Shown here one piece after another: positions 26,811 to 41,063 of a DNA stretch of 64,000 nt. The stretch is taken from contig NC_068981.1 of assembly GCF_001194135.2 (NCBI RefSeq), forward strand, positions 136,317,339-136,381,338, read 5' to 3'. The translations under genes were made by a program, and so were the position numbers. The first letter of the stretch is position 1. Every line of letters starts with the position of its first letter. The DNA is from Octopus bimaculoides (taxonomy: Eukaryota). A model generated the notes under the pieces. The model saw only the letters and a program-made list of their open reading frames with translations, made no database searches and had not been told where the DNA came from.

Positions 26811-29374
26811 TATAATTATATCGTGTGATAACTTTAGATGACTGTCATAGTCATACAGCAGTGTCATTCATTTCTAGTCTTTTGCGAGGACATGTTTGAC
26901 CATGGGGAAATATTGGTGTGCTTGGAAATAGATGAGGATTGGTGACAGTGAGGGCATCTAGTCATAGAAAAAATGAACAAGAAACTAATATTTCTGGGGA
27001 ATTCTACCCTGTATGTCTATATCATAATCTTTAGTTAAACTAATATAAATTCAGAATTTACATTTACTACATTTTGTAGACATCCTATGCTGTATTATAA
27101 ACAGAAAGCTATGTGAAACATATTTTGAGATAATCCTGGATATGTAATTATTGATTAGCCAAAATATAACATGTACATGTAACTTATGTACTTTTGATCA
27201 CAGATGTCTGGGTAAAACTGAAAATAGACGACCATGTTGAAAGTTTCTGTAAACATTTTTTTTCTGTAAATACCTATTGTTCAGTAATTATTTTTGTCCT
27301 TTTCTTGTTCTGACCCACATACCACCAAGATTGTTGTACAAACATTTAATGACTCAATATTCTGTTTGTGAAAGCCAGAGTAAAGCAAATCATTCTTGGA
27401 GGGAACATTTGTGATTCATAACTTGTCAAACTAGTTTCATACTTAAAGATACTGTCACTTTCTTACCGAATTTAATTATTTTTCTTTTATGAGATTTCTA
27501 TAATAATTTCATTAATACGATCTCACTCTTATTTTCTTTTACTGGTTTAATCATTGGACTGTGCCAATGCTGGGGCAGTGACTTCAAGCTTTTTTGTGAA
27601 TCATACTGATCCTGTACTTATTTCACCCTGGTACATATTTTTTAAATCTCTTTCAACTGTAGTTATTGGAGCAGTCTAAATAAACACTTGCGTGTGTGTA
27701 TGTGTGCGTGTGTGTATATATATGTATATATATATATANNNNNNNNNNNNNNNNNNNNNNNNNNNNNNNNNNNNNNNNNNNNNNNNNNNNNNNNNNNNNN
27801 NNNNNNNNNNNNNNNNNNNNNNNNNNNNNNNNNNNNNNTCATTTAATATGATAGTTTTCCTGTTGGCATGGGTTGTATAGTCTGACAAATAACTGGAAAG
27901 CCAGAAGACTGTGCCATGCTCCACTGTCTGCTTTTGGCATGGTTTTTACAGCTGGACTCCCTTAATGCCGACCACTTTACAGAGTAGACTCCTAACATTA
28001 ACAACAATACTCCTCTCAGAGTTGAGTTTTAATCTTTACCATTCATGTATCATCATAACCCCTTTTCCTGCTGTCATAAACTTGATTAGATATTTTTTGA
28101 AGTGGCTTTTCATAGCCAGATGCCTTCTTGATGCCAACTGTTTTTAGATATATACCTCACAAAAGGTAGGCTCGTATCTCGTTTAGTCTGAAAAACCATG
28201 ATTTTCAAATACTCTTTTGTTAGCCGGTCACCATTTTTATAGCTGCGCTTTGTTACCATTTGTGTAACACTGTTTTTATATGTTTCCTATTTGGAATTAG
28301 ATAATAAATATATTTTACTTTTGAAGTAGGAATATATATTGATAAACTCGTCACTTATAACTTACTTATAAGTGTTATCATTATACATAAGTCCTGATTC
28401 CAGCTACATAAATGCTATAGTGAGAAATATATACTCTGAAATGCTAAGGGACATTGTATGCGTGCATGTATGTTGAAAATAAACAAAATTTGTGTTCTTT
28501 TAACCGCTATAAAAAAAAATACAGTTTCACAATTGCAGAAATAAATTTCATTAATAAATTGAAGAACGTGAAGAAAGAGAAAATAATTACTACATTATTT
28601 TATTTATATACATTTAACATCTATAGTACAATTGGAAAGTAAAATCATTTTGCCGTAGAGAATTACAACTTAAAATTCACACTAGCTAATCCTTCATACC
28701 AACTACTGGAGTTCACAACTATCCAAATAAGCCTTGTTGGATTTTTATCATAGACATGGCATAAAAAATAGCCAATATCTCAATGAGTGTCATGGAGTTT
28801 AGTAACAATCCAATGAACATTGAGTAATTTCCCCCAAAATCAGGGTTTTTATAACTGTTCATATCTGAATTCTAAGAAGTGTATTTCATGAAAATTTCTT
28901 TGACGAAAGTTTAGAATTCCTATATGGGCAGTAAATTTAACCAATGGGATACCAACAATTATGCTTGTTCGGGCAAGCAACCATTACATCATATTGCCAC
29001 CTTTTTTGACTTGCTACAACTCGTACACATATCAGTAATGAACTGAAAGAATGAGTGCTCAAAGAAGTTTGGCCAAGGTGCCTTGCAGAATGGAATTAAT
29101 TGTAAATTTTAGGGTTGCTCATTCTTATCATGCAAATTCTATTGATGCTAGTTTAATGAAGAGCTGCTATAATTTGGTAAATTATTTTAGCAATTTTTTC
29201 CATCCTTTGTACAGTGTGATTTGTATTTAAGTTTATCTTCATGTTGGCATTTAGAATTGTCTTCATTTTTAAAAGAGAAAACCTAATTTTATTCAAAAAG
29301 TTATTGTTTCCCAGTTTAAATATTTTCTGTTTTCAAACTTAAATTGTTAGGTGAGGTTAGTCCATAAGAAACAT

Positions 29375-29583
29375 AGGGCTGGTTTCCTAGTTTCTCTAGT
29401 AAATAAATTCCTCCTTGAATGGGACACCAGTCCATCACAAGATTAACTCCTTTTTACCAGCTGAGTGGACTGGAGCAGCATGAAATAAAATATGTTGCTC
29501 AAGAACACAACGCATTGCCCAGTCCAGGAATTGAAACCATAATCTTACAATCACACCCTAACCACTAAGCCATATACCTCCAC
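29375..29583 (-). mobile_element. tRNA-derived SINE family D; other copies at 33447-33600 (+, internally deleted) and 58694-58789 (-, head only)
   Basis: Head GTGGAGGTATATGGCTTAGTGGTTAGGGTG, then TTCTTGAGCAA..CA..TTTCATG(T)TGCTCCAGTCCA shared among the copies. The core GTGATGGACTGGTGTCCCATTC resembles V-SINE-type cores (from memory). Confidence 0.75.
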
Positions 29584-30662
29584 TCTTCTACCTTAAATAG
29601 TATGGTAATATTGAAGCTATTAAATATATATCTATGCAAAGTGTATCTATCAAGTTACAGAGAGAAACCTTCATCTTTGTTTTATATCCATGCAGTTTTT
29701 TTTCTAATATTCTATGGCTATGTATTAGCAATTACTACGCTGGCATTTACTACGACCAGATTTTTTTTGTAATTCTAATCACCATAGAAAAAAATGATGA
29801 AAATCTGACAATGTGTTAGTAATTTCAGTATAAAAAGAAAATTGTAACATTTTTATACAAACTAAATTCATGGTTTTATAGTTCTTTAATTGGAACTGAA
29901 ATTAATTTTGATGCAGCAGTGATTACTTTTCTATTTGCAAAAGAGTTTGATTTTCCTTTCATTAGATATCAATTATAAATTTAATATTGTGCATGTGTGT
30001 TTGTTGATTGAAAAGCTGAGCATATAGTTTGATGCTTAATGTCTAACAGACAATCCAAACATCAGCATGTAACATTAGTACGTAATATTAGCTGAATAGT
30101 TTTTAAAAATACTCTTTGGAGGATACTGTTTCTTCTAAGCAGAATACATAAAATATCTAGTAAGTTTGATGTGATTTTGGAACTCTAATTTTATTCAGTT
30201 TTGTATCCATAGTTATTACAAAGTCATGAGCAGTTCTGCCTGAACACACATATGTGGTTAATATACATCTGTTTTGCCATGCTAGCATGAGCTGGACAAA
30301 TACTTTTTGTTGAGGTATTATTTTACATCCAGGTGCTCTTCCTGTGGCTAACCTTTAACTGATCTTTAAGATTTTCTTTTTTCCACTTCAAAAGTACAGA
30401 GCTACTAGATTTGTAAACAGGTGATGATAACTTAATATCATTGCTTTTACTCAAAGGATTTCATGCAAAGATGCAGAATATTAGCATAAACATGCATGCA
30501 TGCACATGGCTTCCTTATGGTTACCAATTCCCCTCATGTGACATTAGCCAACCTGAGCCTAGAGTGGAGAATATTTGCCCAAGGTACTGTATAGTGAGAT
30601 AGAACTTGAAACCATAGCTGCAAAGCAAACTCCATATCTACCACTAGGACATGTCAGCATAT

Positions 30663-30663
<1 letters not shown>

Positions 30664-30756
<93 letters not shown>
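30664..30756. repeat. (CA)n microsatellite; another at ~62650-62710
   Basis: Direct reading. Confidence 0.95.
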
Positions 30757-30758
<2 letters not shown>

Positions 30759-32055
30759 CTGTCACATTTCCCATAAGGATTAGTCCACAGGCACTGATCC
30801 TCTCATGCCACTAGATTCACATTCACCATTTGTCCTTTTCTATGGTCAGGTCAGCAGCCATGTGAAATTTAGCATTTGACAAGTTCGTCAGCATCAGCAT
30901 GAAGAATTAATATTTTTCACAGTTATTCTTGCTTAAAATTTTGTAACTCTTATTTTGCAATTCAAAAGATTGGCTTGTGATATAATTTTTCTTACAGTAT
31001 GTCTAAATCAAAATTCATCATTTTTAATATAGAATGCCATCTATTGAAGTCTGTGTTTTGAAATTTATTTCTCAGAAATTAAACATGAATACAAATCCTC
31101 TTCTATTATTATCCATTTCTTACTACTATATAACAAAACTGAGTGAATGTTTTGAAAAGAGACCTTTTAACTTTGTTATTGACTGAATAATTTCATATGT
31201 TTGTCTGGTGCTACCGGAGCCATTGGCATCTTTGTCTAAAAGCATCTCTGGTCTGTCACTCACATTCAAGAAATGATCTACATTTGGTAGAAAAATATGG
31301 AGTTAGTAGCAAAAAATTTGTTGAGTAAGTTAAGTAGATTGGCTGGAAATATTCTGGTTGGTTTGTGTGTGTGGAATCCATTATCTGTAGACTATTCAGT
31401 ATAGTTGCTGGAACCTTGTTTTATAGAATTTCACTCTTTTGTTACTGAGCTTTTGGTGAGTAGGTTCTTGATATTGGGTGTAGCTCTGAGTTCTGATGGT
31501 TTTGGCATTTCTTTTGGCTTCACATTCCAAATTCAAATGCCATTGTGATTGACTTTGCTATTCATCCTTTCGAGGTGGATAAAATATGTACCAGTTGAGC
31601 ACTGGGGTCAATATAACCAAATGAACTCCTCTACTTAAATTTCAGGCCTTGTGCTTTTATTAGAAAGAATTACTATTCCTTTCAAAAAAGTTATGTCACA
31701 CTCTCCTCCCCCCATCCCTCTCAATATGACTGCTTAGAAAAACTTACCTTGAAGATTCAGTTATATATAAAAGACTGATTTAGGACAGTTAGCGATTACA
31801 GCAAGTTATTTCTAGCAAAATACTTTTATTTCTACTGACATATGAAGAGCAATGATAATTTCGCAAATTGTTTGAAGGGGAAGGATGGATCAGGGGTGAA
31901 CATTTGCTTCTGAATATTATCTATTTTCTATTTTGGAAAACTTTTTGTATCATCCAAAGATACTTGAAAAGTTTAATACTTATTCCATTTTGGCGCCCAC
32001 TTATCAGAATGTCTAGATCTGGTCTAGATGGTTTTAGAAAGAAATATTTGTTGTT

Positions 32056-32086
<31 letters not shown>

Positions 32087-34100
32087 NNNNNNNNNNNNNN
32101 NNNNNNNNNNNNNNNNNNNNNNNNNNNNNNNNNNNNNNNNNNNNNNNNNNNNNNNNNNNNNNNNNNNNNNNNNNNNNNNNNNNNNNNNNNNNNNNNNNNN
32201 NNNNNNNNNNNNNNNNNNNNNNNNNNNNNNNNNNNNNNNNNNNNNNNNNNNNNNNNNNNNNNNNNNNNNNNNNNNNNNNNNNNNNNNNNNNNNNNNNNNN
32301 NNNNNNNNNNNNNNNNNNNNNNNNNNNNNNNNNNNNNNNNNNNNNNNNNNNNNNNNNNNNNNNNNNNNNNNNNNNNNNNNNNNNNNNNNNNNNNNNNNNN
32401 NNNNNNNNNNNNNNNNNNNNNNNNNNNNNNNNNNNNNNNNNNNNNNNNNNNNNNNNNNNNNNNNNNNNNNNNNNNNNNNNNNNNNNNNNNNNNNNNNNNN
32501 NNNNNNNNNNNNNNNNNNNNNNNNNNNNNNNNNNNNNNNNNNNNNNNNNNNNNNNNNNNNNNNNNNNNNNNNNNNNNNNNNNNNNNNNNNNNNNNNNNNN
32601 NNNNNNNNNNNNNNNNNNNNNNNNNNNNNNNNNNNNNNNNNNNNNNNNNNNNNNNNNNNNNNNNNNNNNNNNNNNNNNNNNNNNNNNNNNNNNNAAAAAA
32701 AAAAAAAAAAAAAAACTAATGTTGTGAAAGGAGCATCTGTTTTAATATTATTTTATTTGCTTGCCAATCTACCTATTAACAAAGTAGATAATTAAAACAA
32801 TTACCTTTGTTTTCTAGATCAGGTAGACTGTTTCTTCATTCTTTGTCTTACGAAAATTTAATTTTGACTTTACATTTTTTTTTTTTTAATGGATCTTGTA
32901 GTTCCATTTACTGTTCTATGATTGAACTTCACAACTTCAATGTTTTCAAGTAGACAAGGAAGTAACCTAGTTCTCTGATAATGAGGCAAATCAAAAACTA
33001 TATTTAGGATACGGGGCTAAAGATGCTTTGAAACTTATATATAACATTTGTGTTTTCTTAATTTGTCAGAATAATGTAAGATTCCACAATTGCAACAGTA
33101 TTGACAATAATAGAAGTTAGCTCCATTCAAGGAGATAATTTTTTTTTCTTTTTACCGATTGCAACCATTGCACTTTGGATATGATGCAATTTTCTTTTAG
33201 GATAGACATGCATTACATTTCTGTTTATTTTTTCCTATACATACTAAGCTTTTGTTTACGCAATTATTTAACAAATTGTTAGAAATAAATGTTCCTTTCC
33301 AGCTGAGTATAGAACAGTAAAATAACCATCATATAAGACAAGATGTTGGTCCTGATGACAACTATTTATTAAAAAAATTTTGGCAAAATAACAATAGTAT
33401 ATGCAGGTTCAATTCTTTATGGCACATGGGAATTTTGCCACACATATGGAGGTACGTGGCTTAGTGGTTAAGGTGTTGGACTCTTGATCGTAAGATTGTG
33501 GTTTTGATTCCTGGATCTTGAGCAAAACACTTCATTTCATGTTGCTCCAGTCCAGGTGAGGAATATATATGCTATGAAACTGGGAAACCAGCCCTTATGA
33601 GTTGGTATGACTTGAAGTTACTTTTTTTTTTTCCTGCATACCACTCAGTCTCTCTTTTACTTAATGTATTTGATGTAGATATTTGTCATTGTCCAACAAA
33701 ACTTCTGCTAAGGGTAATTATTTGAAGGTTATGTTTCTCAGTTATTCCGAACAATAAAAATCAGTTACTATTAACAGATTTTAATCAATTCTTAAATTTT
33801 AATGAATAGAATAATATAAACAAATTTTTATTCTTTATGAGTGTAAATTAAAGAAGAAAAAAAGCTTGTTACTTACTGCCCTATCCTGTGAAGTAATCCA
33901 TATCCAAACTAAATTATTTTCAGACCCTACTAGTAGGGCATGTGCTCCATCTCGAGTAACACTTATCTGGAATTTGAAAGAGTTTGAGACTTTCCAGAGA
34001 TTATAGACTAAAGTATCAGTGATTTCCTTTTCTCTTCTCCTAAACTATCCTAGAAGTCATTTGGAGAGTTAATTTATCAACCAAATAGAATTGGTTGAAT

Positions 34101-34438
34101 ATGGCTGTGTGGTTAAGACACTTGCTTTGTAGTCTTGTGATTTCAGGTTCAAAACCAGTGTGTCACTTTGGGTAAGTGTCTTTTAATAAAGCCCTGGGCT
34201 GATAATGGCTTGTGAGTAAATTTGGTATATGGAAACTGTGGAAGTTCAGTGTGTTTTTTCTTCACACTACTTGATATCAGGCGTTGGTTTATTACAACCC
34301 TGTGACTTAGCAGTTCAGTGAAAAATCAACAGAATAAGTACCACTCTTGAAAAAAAAGTTCTGGGGTTTGTTCTATTAAAATCCCTCAAGGGAGTGCCAT
34401 AATATGGTTGCAGTTAAATGGCTGAAAAAGTAAAAGCA
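34101..34438 (+). mobile_element. Full-length degenerate SINE family A
   Basis: ATGGCTGTGTGGTTAAGA head; GCAGTTAAATGGCTGAAAAAGTAAAAG tail. Confidence 0.75.
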
Positions 34439-36299
34439 ATAATCACTTGCTTGAATTTTATGAGCCTTTCTATCCAGTTTATCATTTTGTAATACTTTTA
34501 TCCTGAAAATGTGTTAGAGAATTTTGGAAGGAGAAGCACTTTTTCTTACAAAAAAGAATTACAATATTTTTGATTTTATTTCTAGGCTTGTTTGGAGGAA
34601 AATCTAACTTTTAGAAATGAAAGGTACTTCAAAATATTGGAAATCATTTTGATGCTTTGAAGTACATGGTTTTCTATAATTCTTTGAGCTTTAAAATCAT
34701 TTTATATTAAAACATTTTTTCAGTAATATTATTAATCTTGTGATGCATGTTGTCCAGCATGAGAGTAATCTCTTAGCAAGACAAGACTAGGATGGGTTAT
34801 CAATTCCTTCTTCAGGTAATTTCTCTAATACAATGTTTTGGGGAAAATTGAGAACTCCGTTTCTAATTTCTGTGTGTTAGGGATCAAAAATCATTAGTTT
34901 TTTTTTTTTCTTCTCTGTACTGGTGTAGGTTAGGTGAGCCTTATTGAAGGAATATTCTATAGTTGCATGTTCTTTCTGTTACCAATCCTTACCTGCTTTT
35001 CAAACCTCTGAGCTATAGAACATTGTTTAAAGATGCTGACATGACATCACTGTTGCCTAAATGATGTCATGTGAACATACATAGATATAAACACTTGCAC
35101 ATTCAAACATATGCATATATAAGATTCCATGGAGTTTCTTCCTATAAAATTCACTCAAGCTTGAGGCTGTAATAGAAAATGTGTTTCCTAAGGTGCAATG
35201 CTATGGAATGCTACCTGAAAATGCATACTTACAAAGTGAGCTTCATCACCACATAATATCTCCATCTATTTCTACAAAAACAAGCAAAAATAAAGAAGAA
35301 ATCTGGTCTTTTTAATAAAAGAAACGGGATGGGAGGGATAATTAGAATCCTCTTTAAAGAGATTTTAATTTTTTATTTTTCTAATTTGACTAATGAAAAA
35401 TCATACGTCAAAAATTTTAAAATCTGCAAATAGTAACCAATCTTTATTGATAAAATTTATTCAGTTGCTGAAATTCTATCTACCCATCAGCAAAATAGTT
35501 TAAAATTTTTATACAGCAATTCAGATAAAATGTTAGATCTGAAACAAATCTTAAGCAGTGATTTATTAAAAAAATAGACATATCACATTTTTAGCTTTAT
35601 AACTTAATTTTTTAAATGTTTGGATTTTTTTTTTTTTTTTTTTTTTTATGAAGTCAACTTTGTGTTTGAATATCAAGTTTTTCTGGGGGTTTTTTAAAAT
35701 CACAAACACCAATTAATTTTAGTGAAACTAATTTTAACAGACATCATTGGCATAATTTCTCAACCCTTTATTCTGTTGAAATATTTCACTGAAGCTAAAC
35801 TTAATCGAATGAGAATGTTATATTAACCTGATCAAAAGAATGTAGTTCTTAGAATTTTAGTTAAGAAATAAGTCTCACTTGCATTAAGGAAGTAGAATAC
35901 ATAATCTGAAAATATTTAACATTTAAAATTTTTTCTTAAGATTCTGAAATCATTTTTGTGTATAATTTAGTGTTTATAGTATTAAAGATGCTAATATTAT
36001 AGAAATGTTATATAAAAGATGCTTTATTGCTGTGATATTGATTAGTTTAACACTTTCAATGCTCTAATGTTATTAGAGGAAGGTGTGAAATGACAAATGG
36101 TTAAGTGTCACATAATTCTATGCCATATTTAATTATACTGGTTTTCATTTTTTGGCTTACCATCCCCAGAGGGATGACAGGCAAGTAATATACATAATGT
36201 GTGTATAATTGTGTGTGTGTGTTTGTATTTTCATACACAAAGTAATATACTGAATGTTTATTGGTCAACCACGCTTTATAAATTTGTAGACCTATGCAT

Positions 36300-37788
36300 T
36301 TAATTTGAAGAGTAGCAGGACTTGTGACAATTTTTAGGGTCCTGATAGACTCTGTAAGAAAACTTATAAGTAGGTAGTCATTTCTAGGGAGTATAGTTGT
36401 GAAGAAGGATTGAACAGTGTTTAGAAATAGGCAGTAAGAGCAAAAGATGTAGATGTAGCAAACAGTCCTGAAAGGAGTTAAATATTTAGCTTAGTATTTC
36501 AGGAAAGCAGAAGCCATTGTTGTAGATGTTGAACAGACAGTTGCAACCATTTCTTTGTTCTAGTGATTGTAGCAGGTTAGCAAATAAGAATCATTTTGTG
36601 TAGGTAAGCAGGATTGTTCATAAAACCTGAAGCTTAACAAGACAGGTGTCTGTTGGAAATGTTGCCGGGAGATGAATAACAAGCAGACCAAAATGAAACC
36701 TTGGCAGAAGTCCATCATGGGAAATACATATTGTATGTGATTAATAGCAGTGAGCCTAAATTAGTATTCTGTCATAAGAGAAATAGCTTTCAGCTTGAAA
36801 GTTGTCTGGGGAAAAAATCTTGGTGATTTAATGTTGGAGATTCTGTTAGTTTCACACATTTTTCTTTGTAAGATTATTAATATATCTTGTAAATATTAAT
36901 GTGGTTTAACATTTTTGGTCAGGTTGGTTGGATTCAGAATTATGTGTAGTTCCATTATTTACTAAGATATAACGGCTTAGGTTATGGTAATGAGTTTACT
37001 GCTGTTGTGACACTTTCATTTCTTCAATATACATAAAATAAATTCCAGTAGTAGCATGCATATTAATGATAATCCCTTGGGTGGGGGGAATCCATTTTTC
37101 TCAGAAGAAATATAAAGTATTTCATACAATTTAGGTTTTTTTTTTTTCTGTCTTAATCTGAGTCTCTTCTTTGTTTGCAAGACAGAGGTTGCTGGGCTGG
37201 GTAATGTGAGCGTAAGGTTTAGATTAGTTTGGTGCAGATGAGTGACTGAGAAAGATTTCTAAAGGTGTGATTGGGAAAGATACAAAATTAGGGAGTCTGA
37301 TAGATTAGGCACAAAGGTAGTAGGAAGAGATTAGGCACTGAATTTCTAAATAGAGGTAGAATGAGTAAATAGGTTTTAGAGAGTGGGGGATATGTATAAA
37401 AAAGAAAATTAAAAAAAAGGAAATATGCAACTGGTTGTTTACAACCAGTGTTACATATTTATATATTTTTATGGTTTTGGGTGGGAAGAGACCCAGTTCT
37501 CAAGACCTCAGCAGACCCTCCGAAACTGTTATTGGTGTGGTTGATGATCAATTTTATTAGTTATGAGTTGATGCCTGGTGAGAGTACTGGGAATTCTTGA
37601 GAGTTGGCATCTTTATGTGGAAGGACTGGATAAAATAGTAAAAGGTTGGGTTTGAGAAGGGATACAAAATGGGTTGCTCTAGAAAGGGATGAGGAAGGCT
37701 TAGGTGAATGTGGTATGCTGTAGTTTAGTGGTTCCCAACCCTTTTATTTAAATGAGTTTTCTCATGGACCCCTTTTAATATGCTTATC

Positions 37789-37876
<88 letters not shown>

Positions 37877-38520
37877 GAAATTTTGAATTTTGTTCACTGA
37901 CCCCCAGTACTTTGTGGACCCCAGGTTGGAAACCACTACTACAGTTAGTTCTGAGAAGAAATTTGTGGTGTGAGCTAAAGGCTAGAGTTTGTCGGCCAGT
38001 GACACTTTGTTAATCATTTGGTTTCCACTTGAATACAACCAAAGATATTTTCATGTATAGCAGCATCACCACCTTTGCAAATGTGAGGATTATTACCTTG
38101 TGGGATTCATGTGCTTTTCGCATAGCATCAGCAGCTACTTAGAATGAAAGTATCTTTTTGCTTTAGTCTTTGGAATGCAAGTTTTTGCTCTGATGTGAGT
38201 GGAATTACAAAGAGAATCATTGGTGCTTGTGATGCCTTGTATCTGTGGTGATTTGTGGATCTTAATTTTTAACTGTCCATGGTTAGAAAAGCTGAATTTC
38301 CTTGATCTGTGATTCTTTGGATTATTATTGTAGGATATGCTGTTATGTCTCCATTAGAAGAGTCTTTATTCCTGGTAGCAGTGTAGGTTTGACAAAGGAT
38401 ATGAATGATGCCTGTGTTTGTAGAAGGTTAAGGAAGAGTGGGGGTGGGGTTATCTATTGGCGTGAGTATTACTATAACCAATTTAAATTGGATCTTCAGT
38501 ATACAACAGTGGAAACTGAG
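36300..38520 (-). mobile_element. Possible very old Penelope-like retroelement relic, interrupted by the MITE at 37726
   Basis: Sustained G-over-C skew on the + strand. Minus-strand peptides SEQKLAFQRLKQKDTFIL..KGG and ISHDGLL loosely recall PLE motifs. Weak, by-eye only. Confidence 0.3.
37726..37938. mobile_element. hAT-type MITE containing a (GT)n(AT)n microsatellite
   Basis: 15-bp TIRs TAGTGGTTCCCAACC / GGTTGGAAACCACTA (14/15). Degenerate 8-bp TSD CTGTAGTT vs CTACAGTT (6/8). Confidence 0.75.
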
Positions 38521-40672
38521 CAACATAAATTGAACCTTGGGAATACCTAAGTTAATGAAGTGTGGGTCAATGAGTCTCATCTAAATGCATTACAATGATA
38601 CAATGTTAGAAAGCTTCCAACACAAACTAGTTGGATAGAATCCATAGACAAGTAGTTCAGCCAGTGTTATTGAAGTAGAACTTTTTTTTTTCTCCTTAAA
38701 GAATTTAGAGTTACATAACCTATTTAACTTGTTTATTTACTTTTAAACCTTGTCCAGTTATATTGAGCAGTTTATTTCTGGTATTTTAGACGTGTACATT
38801 TTTCTACTAGTAATTTTCTAACGAGAAATTCTTTCTCCTTTGTTTTGAACTTGAACTGTAACCAAAATATAAATTTGCAAACATTTTTACATTGCAGGAG
38901 GAAACCTGTTTTCCTAATTTTAGCCCATACTGTTTTATTATAGTCTATTATTTTAAGGAATTCTTTAGATAGCAAGCTAACCAGTTTTGTGAGTTTCGCC
39001 TTCTAGTTAGCTCAGTAATTTGACTGAGTATCCTCTCGTGAAGATGAGATTTTGGCACATCATGAACTTTTCCCCTAAAAAAAGATCTCCAAATATCACC
39101 CCAGGTCCAATATGCAAAGTTGCTTTATTACATGCTTTAACACTAAACTTTTTCCTGAATATGCATTGCTGAAATTGGCTTCATCTAGTACGATTGTGCA
39201 TCTTTTATGCCATCAAATATGGTAGTTACTAATTATTAGTCTTACATCTTAAATTTTTCTAGGGTTATGCATTTGTTTCTGTTGGATTTTTATATACACT
39301 GAATATTAATGTAGATAGGTTGGAAGTATATAAAATTCTTCATTTTTATTCCATTGAGCTTGGACAAATCATTAGTATCTTAGCTGAAGCACATATACAG
39401 GATAATAAACATTTAATCTTGCCAATGAATAGGTAGTGTGTATCTCTCTCTCTCTCTCTCTCACACAAACATACACAGGTGACCAAGTATAAGCTAAACA
39501 AACAGGTTGATTAAAGAGAAAAACAAACTATAGGGGAAAATGGGTGATGTGATGTTTTTATCTTAAGTAAAATATGGTAATTCTTTGAAGATGAATATAG
39601 TATTTGTGCCTTCAATAAATACTAATAGGATTTCAATAAAACATCAAAGAACATTAGGGAAGTAAAGCATGTTTGATGTGCAGTTACATTGATGAAAAGG
39701 AATACTGAAGCTTAGTTTTCAGATTCTGTTTAGAAAAGATTTTAGTGTGTGTGCTTGTGTGTAGATATTACTTTCCATTATGGATTGTAATTTTGGGGAT
39801 TTCTTTTTTTTTTTGTATAATTAATATAATTGGTTATTTAATAGCCTTGTAGTCTTTGTAAGTATTATTCTCAACCATACCATGTCCCAAAATACATTTA
39901 AAATAACAGATTTGCTTATCATTAACAGTTGAGGATTCATCATATATGTATACTAGGATTTATTATTAACTTTGAATTCCTTAACAGCCTGTGATACTTT
40001 GCAAAATGAACTTTGTCTTTATTGATGATCTCTTAGCATTTTGTGTAAGTAGATGCTGTTTCTAATGAAAAAGTACCTTTGTAATAAATCAGTTTCCTGA
40101 AAAGACTATTGATCTGCTTGTCAATTTAAAAATAATTTTGGGTTTTGATTAGTTTCATAATAATTTTATACTTGCTTGATCTAGTGTTACTTCTAAAATA
40201 TTGATTCTATTGGATTTATAGAGGGACTAAATAGTTATATAGTGTGAAGGTGATTTGACTAAATGGCTGTAGAACATGAAATATTATCACTTATGTTTTC
40301 TATGCTGGCATGAGTTGGATGGCTTGACAGGAGCTGGTGAGGCCAAGGGCTGCACCAGGTTCCATAACCTGTTTTGGCTTGGTTTCTACAGCTGGATGCC
40401 CTTCCTAATGCCAGCCACTTTACAGTGTGTGCTGGGTGCTTTTTACATGGCACCAGTACAAACATGCAATCACTAAATCTGCTCTCCTCCTTTTCATTAC
40501 AAAATGTCAAATTAACTGTAGCTTTTCCCATTTTACTTACTCCAAAGAAAAGCAATGTTAATGATCTGTTTTCTGCAGGCTGAAAGTTACCAGGGGCCAA
40601 AATTTATTGCAGGCTTCAGCACAGCATGGGAGCAGTGTTTTTCACTGACATGTCAATAATATAAAGCAAATA

Positions 40673-41063
40673 ATTATAAAGCAAATACCTGTATAAGCAC
40701 TTGTATACATATTTTGTAAGTCTGTAAAAAGGGCTTTGGCCTGAAACTTTGGTGAGAAAACTTAATCCGGCCCGCACATGGAAAATGGTTGCCCATGCCT
40801 GCTCTACAGTATATCTATAATAGTAATCCTTTAGTTTGGGTTTAAAAAGAAACTATTATAAGAGGCTGCTATAAAACTAACTAACTAGCAGCTCCATGAG
40901 TAGATCTTCTAAGATCATCACTACAATAAACAAGCATTGCATTCAAGAGGAAAATGTTACTTTACACTTCAGGCAGAACTAATTTTGTGAATGGATCCCC
41001 TTTGATGTGTTGATAGAAAACAAATCTAGCATACACAATAGAATGGATGACAAAGAAATTTGA
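40673..41063 (-). repeat. Inverted-repeat arm 1: reverse-complement copy of 43246-43635 (129 bp hAT end plus ~262 bp host flank)
   Basis: Read base by base; about 5 differences (4 substitutions, 1 indel) in ~391 bp. Contains GTTGCCCATGCCTG ending at 40801, followed by CTCTACAG (reverse complement of the TSD). Confidence 0.95.

Noticed and set aside
33447-33520. tRNA-like A/B boxes here and at the other SINE heads
   Set aside because: They continue into SINE bodies and do not form cloverleafs; not tRNA genes.
34586-34623. Exon-like segment ACLEENLTFRNE
   Set aside because: Open only in phase 0; it has a TAG in the required frame and a weak donor (GTACTT).
40579-40660. Acceptor-like ttttctgcAG followed by AESYQGPKFIAGFSTAWEQ
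   Set aside because: Immediate TGA in the gene's phase, and no donor before the stop.
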